Shown here piece after piece: positions 59,340 through 64,000 of a stretch of 64,000 nucleotides of DNA (position 1 is its first letter; each line of letters opens with the position of its first letter). This stretch comes from Octopus vulgaris (taxonomy: Eukaryota): assembly GCA_951406725.2 (NCBI GenBank), contig OX597831.1, positions 13,020,001 to 13,084,000 on the forward strand, in the 5' to 3' direction. A program made the translations under genes and the position numbers. Below the pieces are notes generated by a model. The model worked only from the letters and a program-made list of their open reading frames with translations, made no database searches and was not told the DNA's origin.

Positions 59340-60500
59340 CTGTCTGTCTGTCTGTCTGTCTAGCTATTTATCTGCCCATTATGAACATATACATTCACAC
59401 ATTCACACACACACATGTAAACACACACATAGGCAAAGTACACATTCATACATAAACGAAAGATCAAATTAGTTTCCAACGATTCTTTTCCCGCCCCTGT
59501 CCCGCCCCAGTCCCGCCACATCCTGCAACATGAGCTGATTTTGTCAATCCAGTTTTGACATCCTATCACCGTAAAAACTCATCAAACACGTTGACGGTAT
59601 TCTTTGGTCGAGCAAGAAACAAGGACACCTTATATTCTGCTCTATTGAACGACTAGCTTCAAAAGCAATATCCTTCTTTGTGCATGAAGTAACAAACCTT
59701 TATCGTAAGCTATTTCCTTTCACAAGATGTGAGGGTTGTTACAGTTCGAGTTGCAATTCCTATCTGGGTCACATTGTGGTCAATAAAATTTAGGTGAACG
59801 CATTTATCTTGCTCTATGTATTCACATGATTTATTCACGTAAAATATATATTTACTTATCCAACAACACAAAAAGAATTCGTGCGGATAATTTTGGTTGT
59901 GGACATATTGTCTCTGTGACATACGTCTGTCTTTATGTATGTCCTTCTTTGTTACCTGTCAGTCTGTCTGTTTGTCTGTTTATATGTACTAACACTCTAC
60001 TGTAAAGATAGCGCTTTGGCAACAACACTTGTTTCGTATATATATATATATATATATATAAAGTAGGATATCAGAATACTACTTGCTAGAAAGAGGAGCT
60101 AACACTCCAAAACCACACATTCATGGTCCGGAACTTGATTTTGGTGCAATAAACTGCTCGGCTACATATATTCATACATGCATACATACATTCATACACA
60201 CATATATAGATACATACATACATACATACTTTCACACACACATTCATACAAACATGCATACATACATACATTCACACACACATACACACATTCATACACA
60301 CATACATAAACAGATACATACACACATACATACACACATACATACACACATTCATACACACATAGATACGTACACACATACGTACAGACATCTATACACA
60401 CGTGCATACACACACATATCATGCATACCTACATATATGCATGCATGCATACATACATACATACATACATACATACATACATACATACATACATACATAC

Positions 60501-60990
60501 AGTGGATGTTAACATAAAACTGAAGATCAGTGAAAAACGAAACACCTTTGCCGAACTATTGAGAAATTTTCAGTTACTCTATCCGGATTACAAGTTCAAG
60601 CTTATACCTGTAATTATTGGGATATGTAACACTGCCTAAATACCAATCTTGAGAAATTGACGTTCACAAAAACAGAAAGAAGAAAGCTAATTCGAAGACT
60701 ACAGATCCAATCCATGGGTGGAACTGTAAAAGTCTGTAAAACTTTTCAGAAGTTTATCATTTAAATATATGTGGGCATGTCTAGATATGTAACTATATGC
60801 AGGAGAATACATACATAAAACATAGAAATCTGCACATATGCATACATACATGCATACATACAAACAAAAATTTGACCATTATTTATAACCCGTCTTGCTT
60901 ATGTTGATGTTGAAATTCCAATGAAAGAACCTTGGATCTAGGTTAGAAATGGGTTCATTATTAGTAAGAAATCTCGAAATAAAACTGAAC
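60501..60990 (+). mobile_element. 3' end of an RLE-type LINE starting directly after (CATA)n
   Basis: VDVNIKLKISEKRNTFAELLRNFQLLYPDYKFKLIPVIIG..RRKLIRRLQIQSMGGTVKVCKTFQKFII* (K..KY-like and P..IG RLE tail). 3'UTR contains CATA repeats. Confidence 0.75.
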
Positions 60991-61260
60991 AATCAAATCC
61001 ATCCATCCTTCCATTCATACACACACATACTCGCACAAACACACACACACACATATATATATATTTATTTATGCATGTATATATGTATGTGTACACAGAC
61101 ATATATATTCGTGCATGGTGCTTTTCAATGGTAATGAGCATTCAATATACACTCTCCCCTTGGGTAATTTTGCAACTCCTGGCGTATATAAATAATGAAG
61201 CAAAGACTCACATACTGAGTCTACCCGATGTATATTTACACACATAAATACACAAACACA

Positions 61261-61312
<52 letters not shown>

Positions 61313-61620
61313 CATATTATATGCGTATATACATGTACCTAAGTGTGTATCTGAGTGTGAGTGTGTGTGTGTGCGTATGTGCTGTGCCTATTCCGGGTGC
61401 ACTGGTTCAGCTGTGTGTTCGTACGAATGCTGTTCGGGCAGATACAATCATTATATAACCTGGTTGTAACTTGCTTTCGTGTAATCTAATAACACAAGAT
61501 CTGAAACGCTGATTAAATCAGGTGGAAATCGTTTCTTGCGTAGAACTAGCTTTTTGTTTTGTCTGTTTAAATTTTTGTCAAGGGTAGTAAAACGTTTAGT
61601 TTGGCAGCACACCCTGTCAC

Positions 61621-61651
<31 letters not shown>

Positions 61652-62676
61652 CTACGCACACACACATGCATATATATATGTGTATATACATGTATATGTC
61701 TGAGTGTGTGTGTGTGTGTGGATGTGTCTGTGTGTGCGTGTGTGTGTGTCTGTTTATGAGTTTGTATATTACCTATTTTTTGTATTTTTGTGATAAGACA
61801 TGATACTCTTATAAAAAAAAATCTGCTCTGTAAATCTCGTGTTGTAAATTATCCTTGAATTAAGTAAAACTCCAAAACGATATTGGAACAGCTGCTGATA
61901 AACCGAAAGCAATTTTCGTGTAGGCGTTGCCATGTTCTTCGCCAAATTCTAAGACGTTTATCAGACAAATTACAAATTGAAAGGAAAAAATTGCGAAAAA
62001 AACTTTTGTTCACACACAACTGCGGCTTGATTCGGCGCAATATATTTTTGTTATCTTTTTATATGGTAGGTATGTGGTGAGAGCAATGAAAAAAAAAAAA
62101 AATGAAAATTCTCGGTAATACGACACCCTGCAGTGGTATACACCGAATGGATAGCCAGTTGAAATCCAATACGTTTCACGTCGTTAATACTGCTTTTCGT
62201 TGAGAAGAATCATAAATGTTACTCCGTACTCAGTTTCCATCTGCCATTATGAAGAATGTTTCGACAAAATTAAAGCAACAACAAATAAACTAATGAAATT
62301 TATCGCTATTTGCACCGTCTACAACAAAGCTTAAAACAATAATTTGCATATTTGTTCTTATACATTCCAGCAAATTGAAACGAATATACGCTAGTCGCCG
62401 TTGTGTGCGTCACAGAAGAACTACTACTCCGTCTGATAACAACCGTGTGTTCATTAGACACTGGAATCGTTGGCGCAAACAATTCTAGAACACCGGTGTT
62501 CTTATATGTGCTTCGTCATCAAGTGGACCTTTGTGATAAACAAGATACTGGGTTTGTTTATAATTTCAGCGAACAAGTAGTTTGGGGATCAGTGTTTATA
62601 CCTGCCAACCAAAAAAAAATTCTTTATTTTTTTCTGTACAGTGGGATCTGAAATTAACGAATAATATCGTATTTTA

Positions 62677-63062
62677 CACTTTTACTTGTTTCAGTCATTT
62701 GACTGTGGCCATGCTGGAGCACCGCCTTTAGTCGAGCAGATCGACCCCTGGACTTATTCTTTGTAAGCCTAGTACTTATTCTATCGGTCTCTTTTGCCGA
62801 ACCGCTAAGTTACGGGGTCGTAAACACACCAGCATCGGTTGTCAAGCGATGTTAAGGGGGGCAGACACAGACACACAAACACACACACACACAAATATAT
62901 ATATATATATATATATACGACGGGCTTCTTTCAGTTTCCGTCTGCCAAATCCACTCACAAGGCTTTGGTCGGCCCGAGGCTATAGTAAAAGACACTTGCC
63001 CAAGATGCCCAGCAGTGGGACTGAACCATGCGGTTGGTAGGCAAGCTACTTACCACACAACC
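62677..63062 (-). mobile_element. SINE family B, young full-length copy
   Basis: TTTTACTTGTTTCAGTCATTTGACTGTGGCCATGCTGGAGCACCGCC..CGACGGGCTTCTTTCAGTTTCCGTC..GCAAGCTACTTACCACAC. Confidence 0.92.
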
Positions 63063-64000
63063 AAAGAAAGATAAAGCTACAATCGAAATGCCGAGATTGA
63101 TCTATAATTGTACTTATTTCATGCCATTTTTGTCTTTTAATAACCTCGTCAAAGATGTGATGGTTACAGTTTTCACGTAATGCACACACAAACTTACGTT
63201 CACTCACGCACACACACACACACACATGCCGGAATATATCGGAGAAGGGTGTAAATATCGGTGGAAACCCACGAAGGTAGTGACACTCTTTTGTCAGACT
63301 TGTAGTCAGAAATGCAGTCTATAAGTAACTGGCCATCCTGAAATCTGAAAGAACAAAGACGAAAACTCTTCTCCAGAGATTACAATATAAAGAAAATAAA
63401 TTTAAAGAAAACACATACAACGCTAACCGCAAGCGGGTCATTTATGTAGAAAGAGCTGCCAGTAACATTAGCATAAATTACAGCAATTCTAATCTATTGA
63501 ATATAATATTTTACTGCCGTTCATCAAGTAACATTGCTTTCTTTTACTTCTGCAAGGAAAGTAAGTATTCGCTAGAATCTGCTACATATCCGATTCTTTT
63601 CACTCCCAACATAATTTGTATTAAGTACTTCAACTTGATTAACTATCAGAAGGCTATCTTTTTCCCTCTTCAAATCTCTTCTGCATATCCATTTCCAGTT
63701 CACATTTGTCTTTAGCTTATTTGCTTCTGTTCATGAAATGGCATATTGCCAGATCCTCTCTTTTCTAAACGTTCTTTGATTTTCTGCCTTCTTCTAAATG
63801 TTCGTCTTGTAGCTATCCGTGTTGGCAGTCAGGCAGCGCTTAGAAATATAAAGAAAAAAAATGAAAGAAAGAAAGAAGTCCATTATTTCTAAATCTAAGT
63901 CTCTCTCCTCCTTTCTTTTATGCATCGCTGTGTTCATTCATGCCTCTTTGTCTAATTATACGAGATTACCAGAAAAATTTATTTTTGTCACGCTTGAATA

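Overview
AT-rich, microsatellite-saturated eukaryotic DNA, intergenic or intronic. The SINE families, LINE remnants and (TA)n/(CATA)n/(TATC)n load point to an octopus-type (coleoid cephalopod) genome; this is inference from repeat content only. I can support no intact host protein-coding gene, and most ORFs in the track are translated microsatellites. The window is a layered transposon graveyard. It holds three tRNA-derived SINE families (many copies), Tc1/mariner/maT/Tigger pseudogenes and MITEs, a Merlin-like MITE with telomere-like repeats, Helitrons and a Helentron-type element, and remnants of RTE, Tx1/L1 and R4/Dong-type LINEs. It also holds two Penelope-like (PLE) GIY-YIG fragments. The most striking structure is a dispersed set of about a dozen type I hammerhead ribozyme motifs. 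Several have intact cores, palindromic stem III and very variable stem II. They lie in short non-coding cassettes in or beside (TA)n runs, near many fold-back (inverted-duplication) inserts. One PLE copy (46319-47499) links all three features: GIY-YIG, hammerhead and inverted pLTR. This suggests a diverse, microsatellite-associated, ribozyme-carrying PLE/mini-PLE system. All structures were read by eye, boundaries of old repeats are approximate, and no folding or database search was run.
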